Source: an uncultured Rhodoblastus sp. (GTDB lineage: Bacteria; Pseudomonadota; Alphaproteobacteria; Rhizobiales; Beijerinckiaceae). From it: 64,000 nt of DNA. Every line of letters starts with the position of its first letter. Position 1 is the first letter of the stretch. The translations under genes were made by a program, and so were the position numbers. The notes beneath the pieces are model-generated. The model had not been told where the DNA came from. It did no database searches and saw nothing but the letters and a program-made list of their open reading frames with translations. The stretch is from positions 27,425 to 91,424 of the forward strand of contig NZ_CAIUXT010000150.1 in the NCBI RefSeq assembly GCF_903903185.1. Reading direction: 5' to 3'. Positions 18,258 through 28,040 of this stretch are shown piece by piece.

Positions 18258-18713
18258 TCAGAGCGGTCCGGCGGGCAATTTCGGCGGCGGCGGCAAATTC
18301 CCGCCTCCGGCAAGGCCGCCGCCCTGGCCTTGCATCTTCTTGACCTTGGCGGCGAGATCGCAGGCCTGTTTGGCCATGCTCCCGGTTTTTCCGCTATTGG
18401 TCTTGAACCCGTTGATGAAATCGTCAGGAATGTTGCACCATTCCTTGTTCTTGACGAGATAGGCGAGCATTTGCCCCTCGATCGAGCTCATGGTGCGAAA
18501 ATGCGGGCAGGCGGCGATAGGATCGAGCTTGCCGCCATGGGATTTGGAGATGGCGTTTAGCGCCTCGATCTCGGAATTGCGCTTCTTGCCGAAAGCGCCG
18601 AGGTCTTCGTTGCAACTCTGCGCCCGCGCGCCGGAGGCGGCGCAGAGCAAGAGGGCGAGAAAGCCGGCGAGCAGCAGAAATATGCGCGCCGGGGCGAAGA
18701 TAGGCATGGCCAT
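18258..18713 (-). CDS. Hypothetical secreted Cys-containing protein
   Basis: Start at MAMPIFAPARIFLLLAGFLALLLCAASGARA (signal peptide; CAT 18711..18713). Mature part has 4 Cys and a Gly/Pro-rich tail GGGLAGGGNLPPPPKLPAGPL. Confidence 0.6.
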   Translation of the reverse strand: MAMPIFAPARIFLLLAGFLALLLCAASGARAQSCNEDLGAFGKKRNSEIEALNAISKSHGGKLDPIAACPHFRTMSSIEGQMLAYLVKNKEWCNIPDDFINGFKTNSGKTGSMAKQACDLAAKVKKMQGQGGGLAGGGNLPPPPKLPAGPL

Positions 18714-18840
18714 GAACTGTCCGCTCTGTTGCGTCCCCGCCCCGCCGATCCGGAGCCTCGCCGCGTTCTTAGCAAATGCGGCTGGGCGGAAGCAAGTTTT
18801 GCATGTAGGGGCGGTCATCGCCGCAAGCAAGGTCGAGCCT

Positions 18841-19287
18841 TCAGCGAGAGGCGAGAAACGGCGCCATGCCGGCGCGGGCGAGCGCGTCGGCGCGTTCGTT
18901 CCTCTCGTCGCCGGCATGGCCCTTGACCCAGAACCATTCGACCTCATGACGCGCCGCGGCTTCGTCGAGCCTTTTCCAGAGTTCGTCGTTTTTCACCGGC
19001 TTCTTGTCGGCGGTGCGCCAGCCGTTGCGCTTCCAGTTGTGCAGCCAGGAGGTGACGCCCAGCCGGACATATTGTGAATCGGTGTGCAGATCGACGGCGC
19101 AAGGGCGGGTCAAAGCCTCCAGCGCCGAAATGGCGGCCATCAATTCCATGCGATTATTGGTGGTCGCGGCTTCGCCGCCGCAAAATTCCTTCTCGATGCC
19201 GTTGAATGACAGAATGGCGCCCCAGCCGCCGGGGCCGGGATTGCCCGAACAGGCCCCGTCGGTCCAGATTTTCACTCTTTTGGGCAC
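18841..19287 (-). CDS. rnhA: Ribonuclease HI
   Basis: (V)[25 protein letters not shown]...[17 protein letters not shown]...LHTDSQYV...[17 protein letters not shown] (DEDD residues). No in-frame ATG lies nearby, so GTG at 19287 (or 19275) is assumed. The longer ORF to 19647 is repeat-derived. Confidence 0.88.
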   Translation of the reverse strand: MPKRVKIWTDGACSGNPGPGGWGAILSFNGIEKEFCGGEAATTNNRMELMAAISALEALTRPCAVDLHTDSQYVRLGVTSWLHNWKRNGWRTADKKPVKNDELWKRLDEAAARHEVEWFWVKGHAGDERNERADALARAGMAPFLASR

Positions 19288-20339
19288 TGGCCCAAACCGT
19301 TCGCGCCCAGGCCTTCTTCGCCCAGGCCTTCTTCGCCCAAGCCTTCTTCGTCCAAGCCTTCTTCGTCCAAGCCTTCTTCGTCCAAGCCATAGGCGCTGGC
19401 ATGGTCGACGGTCAGGTGGAAGCGCAGCTTGCCGAGATATTCGAGGGGATCCTTCGGCCGGACGAGCGCGCCGGGCGGCACATTGAGCCAGTCGTAGAGC
19501 CGCGTCAGCAGAAAGCGCAGCGCCGCGCCGCGCGCCAGAATCGGCAAGGCCAGCCGCTCTTCCTCGTCGAGGGGGCGCAGACTCCCATAGCCTTTTAGCA
19601 GGGCGCGGCCCTTGGTGGCGTTGAACGCGCCGTCCGGCTCGAAACACCAGGCGTTCAGGCTAATGGCGAGATCGTAGGCGAGGGCGTCGTTGCAGGCGAA
19701 ATAAAAATCGATCACGCCGGAAAGCTTCTCGCCGATGAAGAACACATTGTCGGGGAAAAGGTCGGCATGGATGACGCCCTGCGGCAGGTCGAAGGGCCAT
19801 TGCCGCTGCAAGGCGGAGATCTCCTGGGCGATTTCATCGGCCAGGCCGGGCGCCACTTCTTCGGCGCGGGAGCGGGAGGCTTCGAACAGGGGCGGCCAGT
19901 CCTCCAGCGCCAGCGCGTTGCGCCGCGACAGTTCAAAACCCTGGCCGGCAAGATGCAATTGCGCCAGCGCCCGGCCGGTCTCGAAACAATGCAGGGTGTG
20001 CGGCCGGCGCATGGAGACGCCGTCGAGAAAGGTGACGATGGCGGCGGGGCGCCCTGCCAGTTCGCCGAGCGCCTTGCCGTCGCGCGTCTTGACGGGCAGC
20101 GGGCAGGACAGGCCTTTCGCCGCCAGATGCTCCATCAGGCCGATGAAAAACGGCAGGTCGGCGGGGTTCACCCGTTTCTCGTAAAGCGTCAGGATGAAGC
20201 GGCCGCGCGCGCAATGCAGCAGGAAATTGGAATTTTCGACGCCTTCCGCAATGCCCTTGAAGGCCAGGACGCCGCCGAGATCATAGGCCGCGAGAAAGGC
20301 GAACAGAGCCTCGTCCGTGACATCCGTGTAAACCGCCAT
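19272..20339 (-). CDS. thrB: Homoserine kinase (ThrB, APH-fold type) with repeat-containing C-terminal extension
   Basis: [41 protein letters not shown]...ILTLYEKRV...[14 protein letters not shown]...DFYFACND. Start at CAT 20337..20339. About 35 extra C-terminal residues carry the pentapeptide repeat. Confidence 0.9.
   Translation of the reverse strand: MAVYTDVTDEALFAFLAAYDLGGVLAFKGIAEGVENSNFLLHCARGRFILTLYEKRVNPADLPFFIGLMEHLAAKGLSCPLPVKTRDGKALGELAGRPAAIVTFLDGVSMRRPHTLHCFETGRALAQLHLAGQGFELSRRNALALEDWPPLFEASRSRAEEVAPGLADEIAQEISALQRQWPFDLPQGVIHADLFPDNVFFIGEKLSGVIDFYFACNDALAYDLAISLNAWCFEPDGAFNATKGRALLKGYGSLRPLDEEERLALPILARGAALRFLLTRLYDWLNVPPGALVRPKDPLEYLGKLRFHLTVDHASAYGLDEEGLDEEGLDEEGLGEEGLGEEGLGANGLGQCPKE
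19311..19385. repeat. 15-bp tandem repeat x5 inside the 3' end of thrB
   Basis: GCCTTCTTCG[C/T]CCA[G/A] five times in a row. On the thrB strand it encodes [25 protein letters not shown]. Confidence 0.95.
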
Positions 20340-20480
20340 CGCCCCGGAAACCCATGGCCACCATGGCCGCATTCGTGTTAGCGGCGCGCGGGCCAAGCGT
20401 CAAACGTGCGAGTGGCCAAAAAAAGCGCCGCGCTGCAAAGCCGCGATTGCCCAAACAGGTTCCGCGCGTTATCGAAAGCC

Positions 20481-21806
20481 ATGGTTCAGATAAAGCCCCA
20501 TCCGCCGCTGGCCTTTGTCAATGCGCGCCTGATCGACCCCGAGAAAGGCGTCGAGCGGCGCGGCGGCGTTCTTGTCGAGGATGGCCTGATCCGGGATTTC
20601 GGGCCGCAAGTGACGGTGGGAAACCTGCCGCAAGCTATCGCCGTTTACGATTGCAGCGGCGACGTGCTGTCGCCCGGCCTCATCGATTTGCGCGCCTTCG
20701 TTGGCGAACCCGGCGCGGAATTTCGCGAGACCATCGCCACCGCCACCGCCGCCGCCGCCGCCGGCGGCGTCACCACGCTGATCGCCAGTCCCGAAACCCA
20801 TCCGCCGGTGGACGATCCCGCCGTGGTCGATTTCCTCAAGCGTCGGGCCCGCGATCACGGCCGCGTCCGCGTGCTGCCCGCCGCCGCCGTCAGCAAGCGG
20901 CTCGAAGGCCAGGAAATCGCCGAATTCGGACTATTGCGCGAGGCCGGCGCCGTCGCCTTCACCGACGGGTCGCGCTCGATCCGCAACAGCCAGACCCTGC
21001 GCCGCGCCATGACCTATGCGCGCGATTTCGACGCGCTGATCGTGCATTTTCCGGAAGACCGCGATCTCGCCGGCTCCGGGGTAATGAACGCCGGGGAACT
21101 GGCGACGCGGCTCGGCCTGTCCGGCGTGCCGCGCGAGGCCGAAGCCATCGCGCTCGACCGCGACATCAGACTCGTGCGCATGACCGGCGCACGCTATTGC
21201 GCCGCGCCGATCTCGACCACTCTGGCGCTCGACGTAATTGCCGGGGCCAAGGCGGAAGGGCTCGACGTCTCCTGCGGGGTGACGATCAATCACCTGACCC
21301 TGAACGAAAACGACATCGGCGACTATCGCACCTTTCTCAAGCTCCAGCCGCCGCTGCGGCGCGAGGAGGAAAGGCTGGCGCTGGTCGAAGCGGTCGCCAG
21401 CGGCCTGATCGACATTGTCTTCTCCGATCATAATCCGCAGGACGTCGAAACCAAGCGCCTGCCTTTCGCCGAGGCCGATTTCGGCGCCATCGGGCTGGAA
21501 ACCCTGCTGGCGGCAGGCTTGCGGCTGGTTCACGCCGGCCGGATCTCCTTGCCCGGCCTGTTGCGCGCCATGACCAGCCGACCGGCGGAAATCCTGCGCC
21601 TGCCGCAGGGACGCCTGGCGAAAGGCGCCCCGGCCGACCTGATCTTGTTCGATCCCGACGAGCCTTTCGTGCTGCGAAAAGAACATCTAAAATCGCGTTG
21701 CAAGAATACGCCTTTCGACGAGGCGCGCCTGCAAGGCGTGGTCAAGGCGACGCTGGTCGCCGGCCTGTTCGCCCATGGCGCCCCGGTCCAGATGGAGCGC
21801 GCATGA
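20481..21806 (+). CDS. pyrC: Dihydroorotase-like amidohydrolase lacking the first metal-binding HxH (PyrC'-type, probably non-catalytic)
   Basis: [20 protein letters not shown]...[24 protein letters not shown]...AAAAGGVTT. The position where catalytic DHOases have DxHxH reads DLRAF. ATGA-coupled to plsY. Confidence 0.8.
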   Translation: MVQIKPHPPLAFVNARLIDPEKGVERRGGVLVEDGLIRDFGPQVTVGNLPQAIAVYDCSGDVLSPGLIDLRAFVGEPGAEFRETIATATAAAAAGGVTTLIASPETHPPVDDPAVVDFLKRRARDHGRVRVLPAAAVSKRLEGQEIAEFGLLREAGAVAFTDGSRSIRNSQTLRRAMTYARDFDALIVHFPEDRDLAGSGVMNAGELATRLGLSGVPREAEAIALDRDIRLVRMTGARYCAAPISTTLALDVIAGAKAEGLDVSCGVTINHLTLNENDIGDYRTFLKLQPPLRREEERLALVEAVASGLIDIVFSDHNPQDVETKRLPFAEADFGAIGLETLLAAGLRLVHAGRISLPGLLRAMTSRPAEILRLPQGRLAKGAPADLILFDPDEPFVLRKEHLKSRCKNTPFDEARLQGVVKATLVAGLFAHGAPVQMERA

Positions 21807-22408
21807 ATTTCGTTCCGCCTCCGCCCTTGCTGTCTCTCGCGGCTGTCGTCGTCGGCTACCTGCTCGGCTCGATCCCCTTCGGCCTGTTGCTGACGCGGGC
21901 GGCGGGGCTCGGCGACGTGCGCGCCATCGGCTCCGGCAATATCGGCGCGACCAATGTTCTTCGCACCGGGAGGAAGGATATCGCCGCCGCCACCTTGCTG
22001 CTCGACGGGCTCAAGGGAACTGCGGCGGTGCTGATCTTTTCGCAATTTTCGGCGCTCGCCGGGCTTCTTGCGGGCTTTGCCGCCTTTCTCGGCCATATAT
22101 TTCCGGTCTGGCTAAAGTTCAGGGGCGGCAAAGGCGTAGCCACTTTTCTCGGCTGCCTGTTCGGCCTCGCCTGGCCGGCGGGCCTCGCCTTCGCCGCGAT
22201 CTGGCTGGCGACAGCCGGTCTGTCGCGCTTTTCTTCGCTTTCGGCGCTCGTCGCCAGCGCCGCTTCGCCGCTGGTCTTGTGGGCGTTGGGACTTCCCGCC
22301 CAAGCCGGGATCGTCGTGGTCATGGCGGCGATTCTCTGGTGGAAGCACGCCGACAACATTGCCCGCCTGCGCGCGGGAACCGAAGGGCGCATCGGCGAGA
22401 AGAAATGA
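21803..22408 (+). CDS. plsY: Glycerol-3-phosphate acyltransferase PlsY
   Basis: [58 protein letters not shown]...GGKGVAT: PlsY signature. Confidence 0.92.
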   Translation: MNFVPPPPLLSLAAVVVGYLLGSIPFGLLLTRAAGLGDVRAIGSGNIGATNVLRTGRKDIAAATLLLDGLKGTAAVLIFSQFSALAGLLAGFAAFLGHIFPVWLKFRGGKGVATFLGCLFGLAWPAGLAFAAIWLATAGLSRFSSLSALVASAASPLVLWALGLPAQAGIVVVMAAILWWKHADNIARLRAGTEGRIGEKK

Positions 22409-23652
22409 CGGATTTGCGCCTCTCGACCGAGCAGAAACTGGATTGGCTGCAACTGATCCGCTGCGAAAACGTCGGGCCGCGCACGTTCCGCGCCCTGCTC
22501 AATCGCCATGGCGGCGCCGCGCAGGCGCTGGCGGCGCTGCCGGAACTGATCCGCAGGGGCAAGGGCCGCGCCATCGTCATGGCGACGCGCGAAAGCGTCT
22601 TGCGTGAATGGGAACGCGCGGAACGATTGGGAGCGCGGTTTGTCGCCCTCGGGGAAGGCGAATATCCGCCCGGCCTTCGCGCCATCGAGGCGCCGCCGCC
22701 CTTGCTTTGCCTGAGGGGAAAAGCCGAGATTTTCGAGAAGCCGATGGTCGCGCTGGTCGGTTCGCGCAACGCTTCGGCGGCGGGACTGGCGATGACCGAG
22801 AAACTCGCCCGGGGGCTTGGCGCAGCCGGCTATGCCGTGGTCTCCGGGCTGGCGCGGGGCATCGACGCCTGCGCCCACCGCGCCGCTTTGGCGAGCGGAA
22901 CCATAGGCGTGCTGGCCGGGGGACTCGATCGGCCCTATCCGCCAGAAAACCTCGGGCTCATCGAGCAAATCGCTCAGACCGGCGCGGTGGTCTCGGAAAT
23001 GCCGTTCGGCTACGAGCCGCGCGGACGCGATTTTCCGCGCCGCAACCGTATTGTCTCCGGCCTGACGCTGGCCACCGTGGTCGTCGAAGCGGCGCGGCGC
23101 TCCGGGTCGCTGATCACCGCGCGCTTCGCCCAGGAACAGGGCCGCGAGGTTTTCGCCGTGCCCGGCTCGCCGCTCGACCCGCGGGCGGAAGGCGCCAATG
23201 ATCTGATCCGCGAGGGCGCCTATCTGTGCGGCGGAGCCGACGAAATCATCGACCTGCTGGCGCCCTTGGCGGCGCGCGGCGCGACGCGCTACGATCTGCT
23301 GTTCGAACCCGATCCGGTTCCCTTCGAAGAGCCCTTGTGGGACGAACTGGAAGGCCTTGACTTTCCCGGCGGCTTTCCGGCAGCGCCGCCGCGCGAAAAA
23401 CAACCACAGAACGCGCCCGGCGAATCGCCGGAGGGGGCGCCGGAAGCCCTCCCGGAAGCCTTGCCGCCGCCGCGCCAGCGCGTCGAGGCGCTGTTGGGTC
23501 CGGCGCCGATCGGCATGGACGATCTCGCCCGCGCCAGCGGCAGTTCGATCGGCGAAATCCGCCTGATCCTTCAGGAACTGGAGATCGAGGGCCGCATCGA
23601 ACGCCACGGCGGCGACCGGGTGTCGCTGATCGACCGCGATTGGCGGCAATGA
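22405..23652 (+). CDS. dprA: DNA-processing protein DprA
   Basis: [32 protein letters not shown]...[13 protein letters not shown]...[18 protein letters not shown]...[12 protein letters not shown]...[11 protein letters not shown] 22405 overlaps the plsY stop. Confidence 0.9.
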   Translation: MTDLRLSTEQKLDWLQLIRCENVGPRTFRALLNRHGGAAQALAALPELIRRGKGRAIVMATRESVLREWERAERLGARFVALGEGEYPPGLRAIEAPPPLLCLRGKAEIFEKPMVALVGSRNASAAGLAMTEKLARGLGAAGYAVVSGLARGIDACAHRAALASGTIGVLAGGLDRPYPPENLGLIEQIAQTGAVVSEMPFGYEPRGRDFPRRNRIVSGLTLATVVVEAARRSGSLITARFAQEQGREVFAVPGSPLDPRAEGANDLIREGAYLCGGADEIIDLLAPLAARGATRYDLLFEPDPVPFEEPLWDELEGLDFPGGFPAAPPREKQPQNAPGESPEGAPEALPEALPPPRQRVEALLGPAPIGMDDLARASGSSIGEIRLILQELEIEGRIERHGGDRVSLIDRDWRQ

Positions 23653-23700
23653 TTTCTTGGGCTTTTCCCGGTTTTAGCGCCCGCTGTAAAGAAAAAAGCC

Positions 23701-23994
23701 CTACAAATCCTCGTCCGGGGCTTCGCTTTGGCGGGACTGCAATTCGGCTTCGACGCGCGCCATGTTCAACAGATAAGTCAAGAGGTCCAGTCGCGCTTCG
23801 CCCGCCATGGCGGCCAGCGCCCCGACCATGTCGGAAATATAGCGCGCGGTCTCCTCGGTCGAACCTTCGCCGGGTTCTTCGTCCTCGTCTTGATCGTAGC
23901 GGAGTTCGGCCTCTTGGCGGGCAAGCTGCTCGCCTCGGTCGCTATCGCCCGGATCGGCCTCTGCGGCCATCGCGTTTTTCGATTTCTTGAACAT
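23701..23994 (-). CDS. Hypothetical acidic protein
   Basis: MFKKSKNAMAAEADPGDSDRGEQLARQEAELRYDQDEDEEPGEGSTEETARYISDMVGALAAMAGEARLDLLTYLLNMARVEAELQ... Convergent with dprA. Function unknown. Confidence 0.5.
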   Translation of the reverse strand: MFKKSKNAMAAEADPGDSDRGEQLARQEAELRYDQDEDEEPGEGSTEETARYISDMVGALAAMAGEARLDLLTYLLNMARVEAELQSRQSEAPDEDL

Positions 23995-24150
23995 GACGCC
24001 TCGATCAATATTCAATTTCGCCTCGCCGGGCTTTTGCCGCCAAAAAATACGGACGCGGCTTCACCGGGGGCTGAAATAGTCTCCACGCCAGGGAGTGTGG
24101 CATTATTTCATTTTCCATAAAAGCTTTAACAGTTCCATTTGCATCGCGGA

Positions 24151-24639
24151 TCAACCGAGTCTTGCGAGGCGGTCCAGCGCGCCCTGCAAAATATAGGCAG
24201 CCGCCATGCGGTCCACGACTTCGGCGCGTTTGGCCCGCGACACGTCTTGCGCGATCAGTTCGCGGGTGACGGCGGCGGTGGAGAGGCGTTCGTCCCAGAA
24301 CACGAAGGGGCGGCGCGCCAGGCCTGAAGTCTGGCGGACAAAGGCGCGGGTCGATTGAGCGCGCGGACCTTCCGAACCATCCATATTGAGCGGCAGGCCG
24401 ATGACGAAAGCGGCGACGCCATGCCTGTCCGCCAGATCGAGCATTTTCCCGACATCGGCGGTATATTTCAGTCTTCTTATGGTCTCCAGCGGCGTGGCCA
24501 GCCGTCGCTCGACGTCCGACAGGGCGAGGCCGATGGTTTTCGTGCCGAGATCGATGCCCATCAGCCTGTCGTTGCGACCCAACAGCCCGGCGATTTCCTC
24601 CAGAGTGGCCATTGCCGGAATTTTTTGCTGTTCGCTCAT
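24151..24639 (-). CDS. ruvX: Holliday-junction resolvase-like nuclease RuvX (YqgF)
   Basis: ...[18 protein letters not shown]...[16 protein letters not shown]...DERLST... YqgF family motifs. Confidence 0.88.
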   Translation of the reverse strand: MSEQQKIPAMATLEEIAGLLGRNDRLMGIDLGTKTIGLALSDVERRLATPLETIRRLKYTADVGKMLDLADRHGVAAFVIGLPLNMDGSEGPRAQSTRAFVRQTSGLARRPFVFWDERLSTAAVTRELIAQDVSRAKRAEVVDRMAAAYILQGALDRLARLG

Positions 24640-24666
24640 GTTTTGGGCCTGGAACGGGGGCGGGCG

Positions 24667-25446
24667 TCAATCGCGCAGATCGATTCGAATCGGCACATGG
24701 TCGGAGGGCTTTTCGCGGGCCCGCATGTCCCGGTCGATGGCTACCGAAGCGAGGCGGTCGGCGGCCTGGGGCGACAACAGCAGATGGTCGATGCGCAAGC
24801 CATGGTCGCGCGGCCAAGCGCCGGCCTGATAATCCCAGAACGTATAGTTTTTGGCCGCGTCGGTGGCGGCGCGCAGCGCGTCGATAAAACCCAGCGCCAG
24901 CAATTGCCGGAACTTTTCGCGCGTTCCCGGCGCGAACAAGGCGTCGTCGATCCAGCCGGCGGGGTCGTAAACATCGCGCGCGTCGGGAATGACATTGTAA
25001 TCGCCGCACAGGACCAGGATTTCCTCAAAGGCCAGAAGTTTTCGGGCATGAGCGATGAGCCGGTCCATCCAGGCGAGTTTGTAGGTGTATTTTTCGCTCT
25101 CGATGGGGTTGCCGTTCGGTAGATAAAGACAGCCGACCCGCACAACCGTCCGGCCGCGGGGAATGACGGCCTCGATATAGCGCGATTGTTCATCGCTTTC
25201 GTCGCCGGGCAGGCCGAGGGAGGTCTCGAACGGCGTTTTCGACAGGATGGCGACGCCATTATAGCTTTTCTGGCCGTGGATGGCGACGTTATAGCCGGCC
25301 GATTCGATTTCGAGGCGCGGAAAAGCCGCTTCCTGGCATTTCAATTCCTGCAGGCACAAGACATCCGGCTGAACCTCCTGCAAATAGGCGAGCAAGGCTT
25401 CGGTTCTCTGGCGGACCGAATTGACGTTCCAGGTGGCGATGCGCAT
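24667..25446 (-). CDS. xthA: Exodeoxyribonuclease III
   Basis: MRIATWNVNSVRQRTEALLAYLQEVQPDVLCLQELK...GDYNVIPD...SDHVPIRIDL. Start at CAT 25444..25446. Confidence 0.92.
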   Translation of the reverse strand: MRIATWNVNSVRQRTEALLAYLQEVQPDVLCLQELKCQEAAFPRLEIESAGYNVAIHGQKSYNGVAILSKTPFETSLGLPGDESDEQSRYIEAVIPRGRTVVRVGCLYLPNGNPIESEKYTYKLAWMDRLIAHARKLLAFEEILVLCGDYNVIPDARDVYDPAGWIDDALFAPGTREKFRQLLALGFIDALRAATDAAKNYTFWDYQAGAWPRDHGLRIDHLLLSPQAADRLASVAIDRDMRAREKPSDHVPIRIDLRD

Positions 25447-25596
25447 CGAAAAATTCCCGGCGGCGAACGGCGGCGGATGGCTGCCGCGAGCGATTCCTTG
25501 TCCGCCCAAGCCCGCATCATGGAGCTTATGCCGCTGAAGCGCAAAAAAAGAGACCGCCATGCGGCGGCCTCTCCTGGTTCGATCGGTTGCTTTTGC

Positions 25597-26502
25597 TCAG
25601 GCCGCGACCGAAGCCTTCGCCCGTCGGCGTCCCGCAAAGCCGAGAACGCCTAAACCCAAAAGCATCATCGCCCAGGTCGAGGGCTCCGGCACGGCGGCGC
25701 CCACGCTCACAAAGTCGAGATTGGAATTCCAGCGTCCGCGCCTGTTGTCGTTGGGGAACACGAGGCGCGCGACGCCATTGGCCGGGAAGTCGGTGTTCGT
25801 CGCCGCATAGGCCAGCAGGTCGTTGGGATTGCCGCCGAGCGACGGGTCGAGTTCAGCCAGCGACAAGGTCACGACATAACCGTCGGTCGCCGTGGTCACG
25901 ACAATCTGGCCGGTAATATCGGAGGTTCGGCTTGCGTTGACGAAATTGAAAAAGGAAACGCCCGCATAGGTAACGCCGCTCCAAGTCGTCTGCGCGGGCG
26001 CAAAATCGTTCTTCAGGTCGCTCAATGTGTAAGCGCCGGGATTAATGACGTTGCCCGAGAGATTGACTTTGGCCGACTGGCCGCCGCCCGTGCCTTTGGA
26101 GGCCGGGGCGGCGATCACCTGCAGGCTTTTCAGATTGCCGATGTCGCGTCCCGAGGCGCCGGGATTGGGGTCGATCAGCGTGTAAACGCCGCCGCTGACC
26201 GCAATATAGGGCGCGCCATTCGTCCCGCCAAAGAACGGGTCGATCTCGCCAAGCGAGAAGGTTGTATGCGCGCCGGTCGTGCTCGTCGCCACGATATAGT
26301 TGCGCAGGATGGCGTTTTTGGCGTTGTAACCGGCGGTCGTGCTGGTCTGGACCCCGCCGACCAGCGACCACAAGGTCTCTCCATCGGTCACCGGGACTTT
26401 GCCGCCGATGCCATTGCCGATGATGAGCAGATTGGCGTTGCCGGATGCAGTCATCATGACCGTCAGGGCGCCGGCCATCATGGCCGGTCGAAGTGCTTTC
26501 AT
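25597..26502 (-). CDS. PEP-CTERM-sorted secreted protein with internal duplication
   Basis: Signal peptide MKALRPAMMAGALTVMMTASGNA. Two related halves (...TFSLGEIDPFFGG... / ...TLSLAELDPSLGG...). The C-terminus is GAAVPEPSTWAMMLLGLGVLGFAGRRRAKASVAA. Confidence 0.85.
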   Translation of the reverse strand: MKALRPAMMAGALTVMMTASGNANLLIIGNGIGGKVPVTDGETLWSLVGGVQTSTTAGYNAKNAILRNYIVATSTTGAHTTFSLGEIDPFFGGTNGAPYIAVSGGVYTLIDPNPGASGRDIGNLKSLQVIAAPASKGTGGGQSAKVNLSGNVINPGAYTLSDLKNDFAPAQTTWSGVTYAGVSFFNFVNASRTSDITGQIVVTTATDGYVVTLSLAELDPSLGGNPNDLLAYAATNTDFPANGVARLVFPNDNRRGRWNSNLDFVSVGAAVPEPSTWAMMLLGLGVLGFAGRRRAKASVAA

Positions 26503-26634
26503 CGTTCGTACCCCTCTTTATGTAATTCACTTACATAAAGTAGCAGAACGAAAGGTCATGTCAAAGGGCGAGCGAGGCCCGGCTTTCGTTCAGTCCGACG
26601 CTGGGGAGCGGCGCGCCGGCTGCCGCGCGAAGCG

Positions 26635-27918
26635 CTAAAACTTTTGCGCCACCTGAACCCTGGTCCTGCGCAGGGGCGGGCGCGCGCGCATCAGCTTCGG
26701 CGTCGACCCATGCGGCGTCACGCCCTCACGCATCAGGGCGCGCCGCAAGGGGCCGATGGCGGCGAAGAAATTAAGCGCGGCGGCTCGGGCGAAATCCACC
26801 GGTAGGGCATGGACCAGCAGCGAGCGGTTCAAAATATCGACGCCATTGACGCGCAGGCCGATGTCGCGCGCGCGATGCCGCTCGTAATCCTCGAGCGCGC
26901 GGGTGATCCGGTCGGTCTCGTCGAGATCGACGCCTTCGAGGCAATCGACGAGATTGGCGATGTCGCGCAGGGTCAGGTTCAACCCTTGCGCGCCGATCGG
27001 CGGAAAAAGATGCGCCGATTCGCCGATCAGCGCCATGCGCAGTCCGGTGACGCGGGAGGTTTTCAGCCCGCCCATCGGAAAGGAGCCGAGCGGCCCGTCG
27101 ATGGCGATGGCGCCGAGCAGTCCATGGGATTCGTCCTCGATCTCGGCCGCGAGCATTTCTGCCGACTCCGCTTGCAGGCGCAGGGCGTCGCGCGGCGTCA
27201 CCAGCCAGACTAGGCTGGAACGATGCGGCGCGCCCTCGCGTCCGCGCAGCGGAACGAAGGTGAAGGGACCGGAACGCTTGTGGAATTCGGTCGAAATATT
27301 GTAATGCGGCTTCTCATGAGCCAGCAGCACGGTCAAGGCGACCTGCGGGTAGGTCCAGGTCTTGACCGTGATGCCGGCGATCTGCCGGGCCTGGGAATTG
27401 CGGCCTTCGCCGGCGACGACGAATTTGGCCTCGATATAACCGCCCGAGGCGAGCCGCGCCCTCGCGCCCAGATAGTTCAATTCGAAGGAATCGATCAGAT
27501 CCTCGATCAAGGTGATGTCGGGGTTTTTCCGCGCCGCTGCGGCCAGTTCCGCGACCAGCGCATTATTCTCGATATTCTCGCCGAATGCGTCGAGGTCGAT
27601 TTCGCGCGAGCGGAATTCCCTCGGCGTCGAGGGGAAGATCGAGCCGGTGTCGTCAATCATGCGAATGCCCTCCATCGGGTTCGCATGAACGGCGCAAGCC
27701 TGCCAAAGGTCGAGAGCCCGGAAGAAACGGAGCGAACCCTCGAACAGGGCGACGGTGCGGCCCGCCGCATGGGTCTCGATCTTGCCGACGATCACCACCT
27801 TGCGGCCCTGAGTTGCGAAGGCATGGGCGGCAGAAAGCCCGGCCGCGCCGGCCCCGGCGACCAGAACGTCGCAAGAAATAGGGGTTTGGTCCGCCGAAAT
27901 CGCGTCCGTTTGGCTCAT
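26635..27918 (-). CDS. UbiH/UbiF/VisC/COQ6-family FAD-dependent hydroxylase
   Basis: CDVLVAGAGAAGLSAAHAFATQGRKVVIVGK (GxGxxG)...ALIGESAHLFPPIGAQGLNLTLRD (FAD/DG fingerprint). Confidence 0.85.
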   Translation of the reverse strand: MSQTDAISADQTPISCDVLVAGAGAAGLSAAHAFATQGRKVVIVGKIETHAAGRTVALFEGSLRFFRALDLWQACAVHANPMEGIRMIDDTGSIFPSTPREFRSREIDLDAFGENIENNALVAELAAAARKNPDITLIEDLIDSFELNYLGARARLASGGYIEAKFVVAGEGRNSQARQIAGITVKTWTYPQVALTVLLAHEKPHYNISTEFHKRSGPFTFVPLRGREGAPHRSSLVWLVTPRDALRLQAESAEMLAAEIEDESHGLLGAIAIDGPLGSFPMGGLKTSRVTGLRMALIGESAHLFPPIGAQGLNLTLRDIANLVDCLEGVDLDETDRITRALEDYERHRARDIGLRVNGVDILNRSLLVHALPVDFARAAALNFFAAIGPLRRALMREGVTPHGSTPKLMRARPPLRRTRVQVAQKF

Positions 27919-28040
27919 GGCGTATTCACTCCGATGCGCAAGGCTCTAAAGTTGCGAAACCAGGAACGGTAAAACGCATTTGAAGATAGGACGTTTCAAC
28001 GATCCCGCCTGTTATCTTACGCGGGAAGCGGCAAAAAATA

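Noticed and set aside
18841-19647. Full 268-aa version of the rnhA ORF, with N-terminal [26 protein letters not shown]
   Set aside because: The N-terminal 120 residues are the 15-bp tandem repeat and the thrB 3' end read in another frame. The RNase H fold begins at ...[11 protein letters not shown].
20354-23649. ORF 20354..21433(+) (Arg-rich, 359 aa) and ORF 21856..23649(-) (597 aa)
   Set aside because: These are off-frame or antisense to the pyrC-like, plsY and dprA genes. Extreme Arg/Pro/Gly composition.
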